Shown piece after piece: positions 28,404 to 42,137 of a DNA stretch of 64,000 nucleotides. The stretch covers positions 121,458,001 through 121,522,000 of the forward strand of contig OX597817.1 in NCBI GenBank assembly GCA_951406725.2. Direction: 5' to 3'. Every line of letters begins with the position of its first letter. Position 1 is the first letter of the stretch. Source of the stretch: Octopus vulgaris (lineage: Eukaryota). The position numbers and the translations under genes were made by a program. The notes under the pieces are model-generated. The model was not told the DNA's origin. It saw only the letters and a program-made list of their open reading frames with translations, and ran no database searches.

Positions 28404-30828
28404 AATGATTGCAATAGTCATATACAATACGTACAAACATGCACGATACCGAATAAAAGACAAGCCATTTGATTCAGAGATCAGATTTTTCTATCCCCAA
28501 TTATTTGTTTATCTATAGAAATATGCGGAACTTTTTAAAATTTTCACGCTATAGAAAGTTTTAGGGAATATGAAAGTATACAACTTTGAGCACGTTTCAG
28601 TATATAAGTCAGTAAAAGTTATCTGGAACATCTACATATCCTTATAAAATAAATACTGACCAAATAATGTATATAATAGGCATAATTATAGAATTCTGTT
28701 GCATGAAATGACCGGCGTTGTTTGCGTAAATATTAACCGGTCACCTGCTTTCAGGTTGACATTTGTAATTAATCTTCGTTATACAAGATGAAAGATTGTT
28801 CATGTTCAAGTGCAAGCTTCCAAATTTATTGACACGAAATATTACATGATGATTTTGAAGACGCTATGATGTCTGTAAATATTTTGCTATCAGGATCAGA
28901 CATAAGGAATATACGTTAGCTATTTAGCAACAATGTAATAGAATCAAAATCAAACGGTAGAATACAATGTATACGAAATTTGATTTTATGTCTTTTCTGA
29001 AACATGAAACATTTTCCTATAAACTTATAATAAAACAGTGTGTATGTAGACAAATTCATAGCAACCGATGTGTGAAAATAGTATTTGTGTATCTCAAGTT
29101 AAATTTGTATTCTAAATTATAAATAAAAATTGTTTTCATGACATCTTGGACAACAATTCTGATTAGAAAAGAAACACATAGAGAACATTAGATTCCATTT
29201 AGTTCTCCGACTGCGCAAGGAAATAAATGGCAGTCAAGTCTCCTTTAAATCGTGTCCCATCATTAAAATATGGACACACTCAAGACTGCTGTGTACGCTA
29301 GTTGGCAACAACAAAAAAATGGCATCTTCATGGTTTAAATGTATAACATATCTATCTGATTAGTGTTGCCAAGCGGCTGAACATCACTACCGACAACAAA
29401 AACAATAACAATATATCTGCACATATTAATCCAGAACGATGATGCGCATCATAGAGAACGTTTCATTCCATTTAGGCATCCATTTTAATCTTTAAACGAT
29501 GGGAAAAGCAAAAAATATCTTTTTTTTTCGCTCTAAATAAATAAAAAAAATGATAACTTAGGCCTTGCACAATAAAATTTACTATCCATTCGTTGTGAGT
29601 ATAACTTCATTTGAGATATCTGTGCAATCTAGATTATAATTATCCTCTTCCTCCTCCTCCTCCTCCTCATCATCATCATCATCTACCTCATCTGATAGTA
29701 AAGGAAACCAAAACAAAAACCCTTTATCTCTGTATAAATCTTTCATTTGCGACTTGATTTCTCTGTGATAAGAGCCACTTATATTTATGCACATTTGATA
29801 AAGTATACGCTCTATGAAAATTTTTTGAATCAGTATTTGATACTGCCTGCTGTTCTCTAATGAAACAACAAGTGATGATGTCCGCGTTTTGGGGGTTAAA
29901 ACGATAATTTGTAATATCTATTAAACGGCAATGTAGAAGGGAGAGCTAAATGAATAAGTATAGCACCATTGTAAATACTCTTCAATTATTCGCGGCTCCT
30001 TTCTTTTCAGAGATCAAACTTGGCGCAGGAAATTTTGCATTTCAACTCATGGAGGTACAATAGATACGACTTGTTTATTAGTGGAAGCTGGCAATAGATG
30101 TATCAATAATACCAAAGTAACTGTACAGTATTAGACACCATGTAATATACTTCCTTGCAAAATTTCATATTTAACCTTATGACAAGAAATCAATATACAA
30201 AATGGGATCATAAATATTTAACTGAAAACTAAAACACTTCATCACTTTTTATATAGTTTTTGTGACTGTTTAAACGCAATTGTAATCACACATATACGGA
30301 TTTACACACCATGTGCATTCATATAAATACACATGAAATCACAACTACTTATACACGTCCACATCTTTTGGTATAGTCTCATCTTATGTCGAATTATACA
30401 TTACCACAGAAAACGTATCACATAACGCCATTATATTAATACTCTACGAAACTACTAATTTGTTATACGTTGAAGGTGGTTGAATATATTAAATATTCTG
30501 AACTAATTTAAAATTGAAACGACAGCTTAAACATTTAGAAATGTATAAATATCGAAGTATAGCTTATATGTTGCCATTCGATATATTAGAAACAGTATCC
30601 AAATCTATCTAAAATAATGCAAAAATATGTAATGTGAGTATTTTGTATAACGTAGTCCTAAAATAGCAATCTTTGAGCAAATAATAGCTAAACCTTTTTC
30701 GAATTTAAACAAGGGCTGAAACAACAACAACACTAAAAACTTACAAGATTTAGATGTTCAGTTATCAGCACAAACATAATAGCCAACAACCATAAAGATT
30801 TCTATACACAGAAGACATATATTTATTT

Positions 30829-31164
30829 TCATTGTGGGCAACTGGCAACATTCGGGTCACATGCAGCTCTTCATAACTTTTTTGTTTGGCTCGCATAATG
30901 TCGTGAATATGTAAAAAACTTTTCTCTCTAAAATATGCAGATAATTTATTCTTTTATTGAATTATTATATGAAAGCCTGCCTTGAATTTACTTAAAGAAC
31001 ACTTTTGTGATTTGCTTAATAAAATACACGTACTTTATATATTAGATTAAGCTGTATTACATATGATGTTTCTTAAAGTATAAATTTAATTGTGCGATCC
31101 AATTTATGATGAGTAATATCTCTTGTGGTACGCTGCTAGAAAGAAGCATGGCTGCCCACGTTTG
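30829..31164. mobile_element. Possible decayed hAT-type MITE
   Basis: Ends gtgggcaac and gctgcccac are inverted and resemble Charlie-type TIRs. No clear TSD. Confidence 0.3.
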
Positions 31165-31706
31165 GAGTGCTACATATCAAAAGAAATAAAACTAAAGACT
31201 AATGCAACCCAAAGACTTATACAGCGACCGAGACTTTCTTTCTCCAAACGTGTGTGTATTTGTCGGGACAAAAAATATTCAACAAGTAAAGCGGTGGATG
31301 ACAAGTTTGAGAATCTTCAGTTTCCTTCTTTAAACATTACATAACCAGAAGCAAAGCCAGTAATTATGGTGGCTTAATTTCGTCCTAAGAAATGTCATTC
31401 AAATGAAACTAATGGATTTTAATTCTGAACGGTTTGTATTGTAACTATCGCATATTCAATTAAAGTACAAATAATTATAGGTCGTCAAATCGTGAATGAT
31501 AATTTACTCATTAGCAAGCAATTTAGGAAAAGATACGGGATTTAGTGAAGAAAATATGCAAAGCTGCATTTCAGTCATATTGCGTATTGTGTTTGTATTT
31601 CTCTTAATTTCTCGTATCCAACCCCACACATATGTACATAATAACTTGATGGACATATGACAAGTCAGCCGACACCAAAAATCTCTAGTGAGGCTTCTTT
31701 ATCAAT

Positions 31707-31751
31707 GTACTTGAAGAGACCCAGACTGATGGGTCGAAACATATGCTGTAC
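31707..31751 (+). ncRNA. Degenerate minimal type I hammerhead ribozyme motif (Penelope-type)
   Basis: gtac-TTGAAGA-gaccca(gactga)tgggtc-GAAA-c(atat)g-CT-gtac. Stems I-III pair, with two core deviations (C3>U, U16.1>C). Confidence 0.5.
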
Positions 31752-32483
31752 CTAATAAGAGTCTAATACGAAATCTATCTCCTACTATTAATTAATGCTG
31801 CTCAGCATTACACAATATTCACAAATTAATGCAAAATAAAATAGCTAAATTCACATGGTTTCATCTATGACTCATACGATGCAAAATGAAAAGAAAATAT
31901 AAGAAAAGAACTTTGAGATTGAAATATAATATATAAAAGTATATAAAAAGGAAGTCTCTGATTTGATTAAAATTCTGGTTCTTCGAATTTGTATTCAAGT
32001 TTATTTACACAATAACGCAATGCTTAATATATGTACCTTACATATTGCTTTGTTATACATACATACATTCATACATACATACATACATAATACATACATA
32101 CATGTGCATATATACATGTATATGTGTGTACATATGTATGGAAATAAATGTAAGTATACATACACCCATACGTATAAAGACACGCACATAGATATATACA
32201 CACATTATTCATATACATACACATTATACACACATATTGTGCGTTATTGGATACTTGGAAACAAAGCTAAATAAATATAGGGATGAATTTCTTGTGCTAA
32301 TGTCACTGAAGCATCATCTGGGTTCAGAGTTACATCAACAAAATGTCAATGTGTGCTACTTTAAAAAAAATGCATATAGAACAAACGCCATCTAGCTTTT
32401 CAAAATCCAGGATCTTGAGAGGTTTCTTGAGAAGGTTATGGCCGGATTAGACCTCAGAACGCAAATAGCAAGGAGAAATAGTA

Positions 32484-33773
32484 CGAGGGACGTTCAATAA
32501 GTAATGCCTCTGACCCACTTGCAGTTGTTTGATCTAGCTGAAATTTTGCATGTGCAATTATTTATATCTCTATAGAGTAAGTGGCAAATTACAGCTCTGA
32601 ATTAATTGTGGTTTCTGATTTACAGGTGTTTGAACCGAGTCAAGTATGAAATGGAGCCTGTTGAGTGTCGAGTAGTGATCCGGTTTTTGTATTTGAAAGG
32701 ACGCACACCACGGGAGACTTTTGATGAAATGAAAGTAACTTATGGTGATGATGCCCCATCATATGACCTTGTAAAACGCTGGCATCGTGAATTCAAACAT
32801 GGTCGGAACTCTGTGGAAACAGCTCCCAGATCTGGTCGCCCCCTTCTGCCATTGATGAGGCATCTGTCCGTCAAGTTGAGGCTGCCATTTTGGAAGATCG
32901 ACGCATAATTATTCGCCAAATAGCCCATGAGGTCAAGATTAGTACCGGGTCTGTGGAAACTATCATTCATGACCATTTGCATATGCAAAAGGTGTCTGCC
33001 AGATGGATTCCCAGGTTGCTCACGCCTTTCCAGAAGCAAGAACGCGTCGAGTGCTCGATGGTGAATTTGGAGATGTGCCAAGAAGATGAGTCAAAATTTT
33101 TCAAAAGACTGATTACACATGATGAAACCTGGGTCCATCACGATGATCCAGAGACCAAAGCCCAGTCAATGCAGTGGAAGCACCGTGACTCACCCCCTCC
33201 AAAGAAGGCAAGGGCGCAGCCCTCCGCTGGCAAGGTCATGCTCACAGTCTTCTGGGACCAGGACGGAGTAGTGATGACAGATTTCCTGGCAAAGGGTACC
33301 ACAATTGCAGGAGCCTATTATGCTTCCTTTTGAGGAAATTAAGAGAAGTTATCAAAATCAAGAGGCGGGGCAAGATCAGCAAAGGCATCCTCCTCCTGCA
33401 GGATAATGCTCCGGTCCACAACTCGCTTGTCGCCAGATCAGAAGCACAGGCGTATGGCTATGAACTCCTCCCCATCCCTCCTACTTTCCTGACCTTGCAC
33501 CCTCTGATTTTCCCCTCTTCCCAATCATGAAGTTGTTTTTGAAAGGAAAGCGTTTCCCAGATGATGCAGCCTTGATTTCTGAAGTCACGTTGAGGTTGGA
33601 GGACCAAGCTGGGTTCTTCTACAAAAACGGTCTCCAGAGCCGCATCAAACGATGGGAGAAATGCGTAACTCTGGGTGGTTCCTATGTAGAAAAAGACTAA
33701 TAACTGTGCCAAGTTTCGTTGCTCTACTGCTATGGGAAATGGGTTAGGGACATTACTTATTGAACGCCCCTCG
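32484..33773 (+). mobile_element. Full-length mariner (irritans-like, DD34D) with TIRs and TA TSD
   Basis: TA at 32482 and 33774. TIRs of about 37 bp: cgagggacgttcaataagtaatgcc versus reverse-complement cgaggggcgttcaataagtaatgtc. Length 1290 bp. Confidence 0.96.
32651..33700 (+). pseudogene. Mariner transposase pseudogene (three frameshifts)
   Basis: MEPVECRVVIRFLYLKG..PRSGRP / KVSARWIPRLL..THDETWVH..GKVMLTVFWD / LLQDNAPVH / PDLAPSDF..RWEKCV..GSYVEKD*. Confidence 0.93.
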
Positions 33774-34261
33774 TAAGTATCGATGTTCTTATTTTCATCA
33801 ACTCAGTATCTCGTAGTACCACATTTTTTTTATTGGTCCCGTAATGATGAAATGCATAAGTGAACTCAGTGGAATGTAATTTTAGGAATAGGCACTACGA
33901 GGCATTCTGTTCGTAGCTCCAACGACTTAAAATGATTTCGTCACCTTACCAGAATTTATATACACAACCATTATTTCAAATAAACAGTGGGAAACATGTA
34001 AGCTTAATCGTGCGGGCGACTATTCGCAGCAACACTGAGTGTTCACCCCCAGTTTTCCGGCAGCGAGACATTTTGGACGGTAATTGTTGGTTAGTCATTA
34101 CCAACTGGAAATTTACAGATTTACTTCATTTTTGATGAGAAGATTGGCAAAGGAGTGTGCTAGTCAATGTAGAACAAGTATCACAGATGGCTTCATTAAA
34201 AAGAAACAAACAAAAAAGCAGAATATAAGGGGTTTTTCATTTTTCTAACAGACTAATACCT

Positions 34262-34494
34262 ATTTCTTTACTACCCACAAGGGGCTAAACACAGAGGGAA
34301 CAAACAAGGACAGACACGCGGATTAAGTCGATTACATCGACCCCAGTGCGTAACTGGTACTTATTTAATTGACCCCGAAAGGATGAAAGGCAAAGTCGAC
34401 CTCGGCGGAATTTGAACTCAGAACGAAACGGCAGACGAGATACCGCCAAGCATTTCGCCCAGCATGCTAACCATTCTGCCAGCTCACCGCCTTT
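34262..34494 (-). mobile_element. tRNA-derived SINE family A, young full-length copy with perfect 16-bp TSD
   Basis: TSD taacagactaatacct at 34246-34261 and 34495-34510. A and B boxes present. Central gcctttcatcctttcggggtcaattaaataagtacc resembles the Deu/Nin SINE domain. Confidence 0.95.
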
Positions 34495-34849
34495 TAACAG
34501 ACTAATACCTCATTCACAAATGAATATCGACAAAAGTGATCCTCAACGTACACACATACGCACAAACGCAAACACGCACAAATACACAAAATAACACACA
34601 CATATATGCACATATATATGTGCATGTGTATCTATGTATATATAAATGTATGTACGCATGTAAGTATCTTAGTATGCGTGTTACTGTCGACTAAATTCTA
34701 ATTAAAGTTGATTGTCAGCTTGAAGACATCGTAGAAGACACCAAAAATGTAACTTCTGCGGTATCTGTTTTGAACATGTTTCTCGTACAAAACCTTTAAT
34801 CACATACATCAGCGCGACATAATTTTAATATCTGAAACGACTACGTCCT

Positions 34850-35031
34850 GGTTTCAAATTTTGGCTGAAGGTCAGTAAATTTCGAGAAGGGTAAGTCGAT
34901 TACGTCGACCCAGTGCTCAAATGGTACTTATTTTATCGACCGGCGGAATTTGAACTCAGGGCGTACAGAAGGACGAAATGTTGCGAAGCATTGTGTCCGG
35001 CTTCATAACACTTCTGCTAGTTCGCTGCCTT
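34850..35031 (-). mobile_element. SINE family A, internally deleted
   Basis: Matches family A but lacks the ccgaaaggatgaaaggcaaagtcgac block, a deletion between tcgacc repeats. Confidence 0.85.
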
Positions 35032-35696
35032 AAGGTACTTAAGTATTAAAAAAAAAACAAAGAATTTCAAAGTTATATGTAACGCATTGCTGAAGTTCAT
35101 CTCATTGTGTGGAGAAAACTAAGTACCTACTCAAAGTGTGGCATTGAATTTCTATAAAATTAACATAGTAGTCGCAAATATGTTCCAGAATAGACGTTTC
35201 GTTTCACTGAAAAAAAATTAAATGAAAACAAAAAACGACAAATGAAAAAAACCCGATTTAATAATGGAAAATATCTTATCAACTAAGTGTTAAAATCTTA
35301 GAGAAAATGATAGGTTGATATATTTAAACATAAATCTATTTCATTACTGAATAGGTATCCCTGACAAGTTTGCAAACGACTTGTAACAGGAATGTAAATC
35401 AAGAAAGCTTACAGAAAAGTAAACATAATGAATTATTTCGTTTTGCTCTACGTATTCCGTCAAGAAACACGCTAACTATAGATGTTCACACTTAAGGTGA
35501 CTGCTCAAAATGTTTCTCTTATGAAACCCCGTTTAGGTTTGAAATATTTAACTCTTTAGTTTAAATTGATGTTTTATTTTAATATTTCGAAAACAATTTC
35601 GCAGAATATTTTTATAATTGACGAAACATTCGGGCAACATTATATAAATAGAATTTTATTCTTGTATATGTTCATTATTATATAATATTTCTACTG

Positions 35697-35898
35697 AAAG
35701 CACACGTTCTCAAATTTGGGAGAAAGGATTAACTCGATAACATCGACCCCAGTGCGTAACTGGTACTTATTTAATCGACTTCGAATGGATGAAAGGCAAA
35801 GTCAATCTCAGCGGAATTTGAACTCAGAACGTAGCAGCTGACGAAAAGCCGTTAAGTATTTCGCCCGGGGTGCTAACGATTCTGCAGCTCACCGCCTT
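35697..35898 (-). mobile_element. SINE family A
   Basis: Aligns to 34262-34494. Confidence 0.88.
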
Positions 35899-36124
35899 TA
35901 TTTTTATATAATAATATAATTTTAATCTTTTATGCTTATTATTATATATTAACACTATATAATATTCTCAACATTTCAGTAAATCCAACCACATATTTTA
36001 AATATATATTGAGTATCAAATGAAAACTATCTTTTAACATAATGACATATGTAGTGACCTATTGCAATCCCTAACTGTTTCAATAGACAATCAAACAAAT
36101 AAATAAATAATTAGTAAAACTTAA

Positions 36125-36270
36125 GAGGCAGTGAACTGGCACAATCGTCATGGCTTCAGTCTGGCATTATTTATCTAATGTCCCTTTACTTTCTAAAAGT
36201 CGACGTCGCGGTTCATTCTTTCGGGGTGGATAAAATAAAGTACCAGCCAAGTATTGGTGTCGAATTTTAT
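36125..36270 (+). mobile_element. SINE family A, degenerate
   Basis: ggcagtgaactggcacaatcg...ttcattctttcggggtggataaaataaagtaccag. Confidence 0.7.
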
Positions 36271-38430
36271 TCCTCTAACGCAATTCCAGTGTGAATTGAA
36301 TTATAAAAGAAGATAAAACATGTTCATATCCGACATTACTTTGTCGATTGTCATTGATCAATAAAGTCGGCGGTAAAACCTCCTCTTGATGCATGAAAAA
36401 AATAAAATACTTCAGATTTTTCTTTATATGTATAGTTGTTTCTTAGTTATTACAGGAAATCATATTATCAATGTTCATCCGGCATTAACGATCTATCAGA
36501 AAATATGTTTATCATTTTTAACGTTCGACTATATGGAATGGTCAATGTTTTAGATAAAAACCGATGATTTTCAAATCAATTTAAAATAATATTTTCTTTC
36601 TTATGTGTCTAAAAATACTGCGTTGTTTACATCCAAGTTGACTAATATATCTTGGACCAAAGTAATTTTGACTGTGATATTTTCAACGTTTTCAGACATA
36701 ATGTTTCTAATTTTAGTTCCTTTTTAAAACAGATATTTAGCTGCAATTGTCTAGCGGCCACCTACGGGTCCTACTTTGACCTGGGAAGGTTACATTTACG
36801 CACATATGGAATCATAGTTCTGCTGCATTTATTTCTGTGCAAATAATAAAATGCGAAGTATGCAACCAGTCTAAACTCAGAAGTTTAAAAGTTGTCTCAG
36901 TAACTAATCTTAACATATAACTTTCAAGTTTAGAGTTTTAAAATGCCAATACGTAATACAAAACATTTAGACTACCATTCATATTATAAGTCACACAGAA
37001 CAATTTGAAACCTGCAAAGGACTAAGCACTACGCCAATTTTGTCTGTTTCTGATTTTAATTTGAGACTACAATTCACAACCGCTATTTAGTGTAACCTTC
37101 AAAGACTTTGAACATAAACTACTACTTATTTTGATTATTGTGTCTAACGGTGACTGAAGCAATGATTATCTCCAACGTGGAAAGGTTTTACAATGTATTA
37201 TCGATTCTACAAATCTTTAGTGATCGAAAATTGATATTCTTTGTTGCACTAAATCGAATGGAAAAACAGTCAATAATGTCTCGAAAGTTATAGAATCCGA
37301 CTAAAGTTTCGCAAGAAGTTTCACAAAATGGCAGTGCATAAGTATTGTATTAGCAACAAAACAATTGCAACATATTAAACATGCGTTCAAATCATTAGCA
37401 AAGATTAAGTTTTCAGTTGCTATTCACAAAGCGTCATTCGATGAGAATTCAAACGCATCTGTGTGCAAATACAAATTTAAAAGTTCGTCTTATTGACTGG
37501 AAACACTAATCCAATATGCTTTCATAGTCACTTTTTACACAGACACATGACCACACAATTTGAAAGGTGAGGATAATAGATTATATAAACCACCAATATT
37601 GAATTGATACTCAGAAAGCCGAGGGACATTTCTGACGTCTCTATACCATTTGTGTCACTCTAACACACTAAGTTGCTTGGTTTCATATGAAGTTGCACTA
37701 GTTTATGTTAGAACTGGAATATTTTATTCTATTGCATGATTCCGTACAACTTCTGTTTATTTACGCGAACAAGTTAATATACAATATGTTGAGAAACTTA
37801 CGTGCACACATATGTATTCATAAAAAAAAGTATGAATACGCCATATATACATATCTGTAGACACAAACACGCACAAACACATATATCTCCATTTCTCAAT
37901 ACATACCCTTAGTAGAGAGTAGAACTATAACCTAGAACAATTACCAATCCCCAATATTTAACTTCTCTCTAACAATATGGATGAAAATATATCGCTCGAG
38001 GCGGTACAAATCCCATTTCCAATAATTTAATTTCATTCGAACAGGTTCACTTAAATCTATTGAGTAGAGTTAAGTATTGCCACGACACATTCTTATATAC
38101 ACACACACCATAACAATAACTTTCTACCATAATTTCTACACCTAATTTCAATAAAGTTACTTTTCAAAGGAGGTTATCATCTTAAGCGCATACAACATTC
38201 CAAGATAACACAGACTTATACAAAACACAGGTTTGTTTTGCCCCGAGATTCATGAAGATCCAAGCCTGGGGCGAAATTATGAGTAGGCTGTCAACATTTG
38301 ATATAATAGACACATCTGCCCACATTACCCAGCCTATTAAGCTCTATATCAAATATTGTTTTAACCGCAGAAAACGTATTAACATATTTTACAACTTATA
38401 TATTACAATATATATACACATAAATGTGTG

Positions 38431-38483
<53 letters not shown>

Positions 38484-38544
38484 AGAAAGAGAGAGGGAAG
38501 TAGAGTGAAAGAGAGAAGGGGAACGATGTAAGAATAGCTTAAAT

Positions 38545-38735
38545 CGTATATACATATGTGTGTGTGTACATGAATGTGTGCTTGTGTTTGTCCCCCCAAG
38601 ATCACTTGATAACCGATGCTGGTATTTTTAGATCCTCTTAACCTAGGTTCGGCAAAAGAGACCGATAGAATAAGCAATAGGCTTACAATGAATAACTCCT
38701 GGGGTCGATTTGCTCAACAAAAGGCGGTGCTCCAC
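38545..38735 (+). mobile_element. SINE family B 3' half, ending at a mariner
   Basis: gtccccccaagatcacttgataaccgatgctgg...ggggtcgatttgctc..aaggcggtgctcca. Confidence 0.85.
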
Positions 38736-38741
38736 TAAATT

Positions 38742-40024
38742 TTAGGTCATCCCATAAATAATGCGGATTTTCAATTGCATGGAATAAAAGTCGGAGGGGG
38801 ACGGGATAGACTATCTGCATCATCTTGCTATAAAAGCAGGTAGTAATTTTACCTAACCTTATTCTTAATGCAAGTTTTGAAGTGTGCAGTTCGATTTTAA
38901 CAGTTATTTTTCTAGGCCATAATGGAAATGACAAAAGGTATATATTCGGTATATTTAGCTTTGTGAGTCCAATAAAGGCAACAACACACCGGAAAGTGCG
39001 AGGAATAATTGTGCAGTATATGAGGATCGTAAAATAAATGTAAGTCAATGTCAACGGTGGTTCCAGACATTCCGATTCGGAAACTGCAGCCTAGAAGATG
39101 AACCACGTCCTGGGAGATCTGCAGAGCGTGATGAGGACGTCCTGCAACCCCGGTGGAAGAATATCCCATCGTAACTTTTGAGGAATTAGCAGAGAAACTT
39201 GGATTTGGTCATTCATCTGTTCATCGACACCTGCGTGCCATCAGAAAAGTCAGCAAATTGGGTCATTGGGCGCGTCACAAAATTTCCGAGTCTAATCGCG
39301 CACACAGAGTCAATATGTGCTCTTCTTTGCTGTCACGTATCATGAATGAACATATTTTGGACCGAATAGTGAATGGTGACAAGAAATAGATTCTCTATAA
39401 AAATGTCAAGCGCCGAAGATAGTGGGTAACGAAAGGAGAAACACCAGTACCCCAGTCTAAAGGAAGTCTTCACCCACGTATGGTGTTGTAATCTGTTTGG
39501 TGGGATATGAAAGGTTTAGTGCACTTTGGACTTTTAAACCCAAACCAAATGATAACAAAGGAGATCCACTGCGAGGAACTTCAGTGGCTTAAGTTAGCAC
39601 TATAAGGAAAACGGCCATCTCTGGTTTCAAGACGAATGGTGTTCTTCCATCATGATAATGCTCGGCTACATACAGTGAAGATGACATTCTAAAGGCTGGA
39701 GCAGTTTGAATGGGCAACGATGCTCCACCCAACATATTCACCGGACATTGCTCCATCTGATTATCATTTATACCGCATTCTTCAAAATTATTTGGACAGA
39801 AAAAATATGAATTCTATAGAAGAGGTCAGAACAGTATTGCAGAAGTATTTTTCATCACGGACATGTGAATTTTGAAGGAGGGGCCTTGCAAGGCTACCAG
39901 ATAGATGGAAGAACATTGTAGAAAGTGAAGCAGCGTATACTTCAGATTAAAAATAACTTTGTTTATCTTAATTTTGAAAAATAAAAGCAGTTCGAAAAGC
40001 CGCATTATTTATGGAATGACCCAA
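38742..40024 (+). mobile_element. Full-length mariner (DD34D) with TIRs
   Basis: Left TIR ttaggtcatcccataaataatgcgga; right TIR reverse-complement ttgggtcattccataaataatgcggc. TA at 40025, while the left TA is mutated. Length 1283 bp. Confidence 0.95.
38922..39950 (+). pseudogene. Mariner transposase pseudogene (343 codons, multiple in-frame stops)
   Basis: QRWF..FR.G..SLEDEPRPGR, KVSKLGHW, LDRIVNGDKK, SVWWD, HHDNARLH, HPTYSPDIAPSDYHL and LPDRWKNIVES. Confidence 0.93.
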
Positions 40025-40249
40025 TATACTATTTCCATACCCAGTTGAAGTTCATCGTCGCATCTGTTGAATCTTTCGTTCACGTTTGCAGAGACATTCT
40101 TCAATGACGGTAATTCTTTAAAATGATGAAATTCGCGTTTAAAATTATTATGATGGAACTATAAAAGTTGATTTAATAAGTAAAAGAATAAAATTTTTGC
40201 ACTTGGTAAGTGTTATATTGTTTCCTTGAAATAGAAAATTAATTTAACT

Positions 40250-41390
40250 GAATTTCTTAACAATGCCTGTCAACTAAATTGCATCAGGTTATATTCTTTT
40301 TAAATGTTGGCTGCGATCAACCTCAGATTTTATTTTCAAGAAACAGTGCGACATTCATATAATTTGGTCAAACGAGTCAAGCATGAACACTTTCAGAGCC
40401 AACAAACTTTTGTTGGTAACTTATATATTGCTCATTATTGTCCTGGCACTAGCATCGAATCATTGTATCATTTTTGGCACCTTTGAATTTATCTTATTAT
40501 AACACTTAATATTATACTTGATGATGAATGAAGATTGTACTTCAACATTTTCAAACAAGATATCACCTAGGTACTGCACAATGAATACACGAGACGTTTG
40601 GCACTCACTTCTTTAAATAAGTAAAAAGAAAAGCAATGGAAAAATGTAACTTATCATTAAATAGTGACGTTATCTGTAGCGCATGAAACAATACCGGTCA
40701 AGGTTATGTTATTTTTTACAAAATATGATTTCACAGCGGTAAATACTGACAATACTTCTGTATCTATAAACAGATTTAAAGCCAATAACAGTTCTTCGCG
40801 CAATGAACTGTTTTCATCAAAATACAATACATATGTTAATCAATAACGCGTTATTATCTGCAATGGTAGTCCCTTCAGCCGCATAGAAAATACAAAGTTT
40901 TAGAGAAAAGCAATAAGGTTAGTTTTAACATTAATGGCTATTTCATCAATAAGTTGTCTTAATAAAATATAGCAAATAGATAAATGATTTTATAATTTTA
41001 GATCGATCTCGGCGCATATGGATTGTTTTTTCATATAGGGTATTATAAAAATTTAGGTAGTGCTGTGTATAATTTTTACAACTCAATGCAATTAGTTGTC
41101 ACATTCGATAAGCTGGAATTAATCCATATTCGTTTTGTTTCATAGCTGATGCATTTTCTGTGGAACCTTCCATACAATTCGTGAAAATATTCAACAGGCA
41201 TCTCTTTACCTTTTTAATGCTGAGTAGCAAGTTGTTCCTACAACATGGTTTGTATCATTGCTTCGTCAGAAAATATCCTTTGGCACAGTAAATACATTAG
41301 GAGCGGTTTTTGATACGTTGAATAAAAATTTCCTCTTCAAACCCCCTGGCAGAAAGCCACGAGCATGTTTCCTTTTTACTGACAAATAGA
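40250..41390 (-). mobile_element. hAT (Buster/SCAND3/ZBED-like) transposase remnant
   Basis: Minus-strand peptides LLCQRIFSDEAM, TTIADNNAL, LTYVLYFDENSSLREELLLALNLFIDT, SVFTAVKSYFVKNNITLTGIVSCATDN and VPNVSCIHC. Confidence 0.78.
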
Positions 41391-41543
41391 AGATATATTG
41401 CAGCATAAAATAAAAAAAAAAAAAACAGCTCATCAAAGTAACTCATACATCATACTGACTCTCACAAGAAACTTTCGTTGAAGTAATAAGAAAGTGTAAA
41501 ATAGATAAGATTGCTTGCGAAAGACACATGTATATCACTTTTT

Positions 41544-41546
<3 letters not shown>

Positions 41547-41596
<50 letters not shown>

Positions 41597-41835
41597 AGTA
41601 TATATTCATGTGGTATACGTGTAAGTTTATATGTATGTTGAATGCGCACTTTTAAACATAAGGTATATATAAGTATATGCATGCATATACGTATGCATAT
41701 AAACATATACACACACTGCTTCCATTCATATATATATATATATATGTTTACAAAATTTGTACCTCAATTTTTAATCTTCGGATTTTGTTATATATGCTAA
41801 GCCACTGGTTTTAATTGATTTATATCAATTTCTAC

Positions 41836-41893
<58 letters not shown>

Positions 41894-41952
41894 AATATTA
41901 GGCAAGTCTTTCATTGTTTGATTTGCCTAATAGTGGTTTTGTCTCTAATTTA

Positions 41953-42010
<58 letters not shown>

Positions 42011-42100
42011 TAATCCAAACGGGAAAACAGAAAAAACAACAACACGTGGAACAATTACAGTATTATTATTATTAGGCGCTCAGGAAAATGGAAGAAGGAG

Positions 42101-42137
<37 letters not shown>

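Noticed and set aside
36771-36790. CTCF-like motif (also near 57910-57928)
   Set aside because: Imperfect short matches expected by chance in 64 kb; no supporting evidence.
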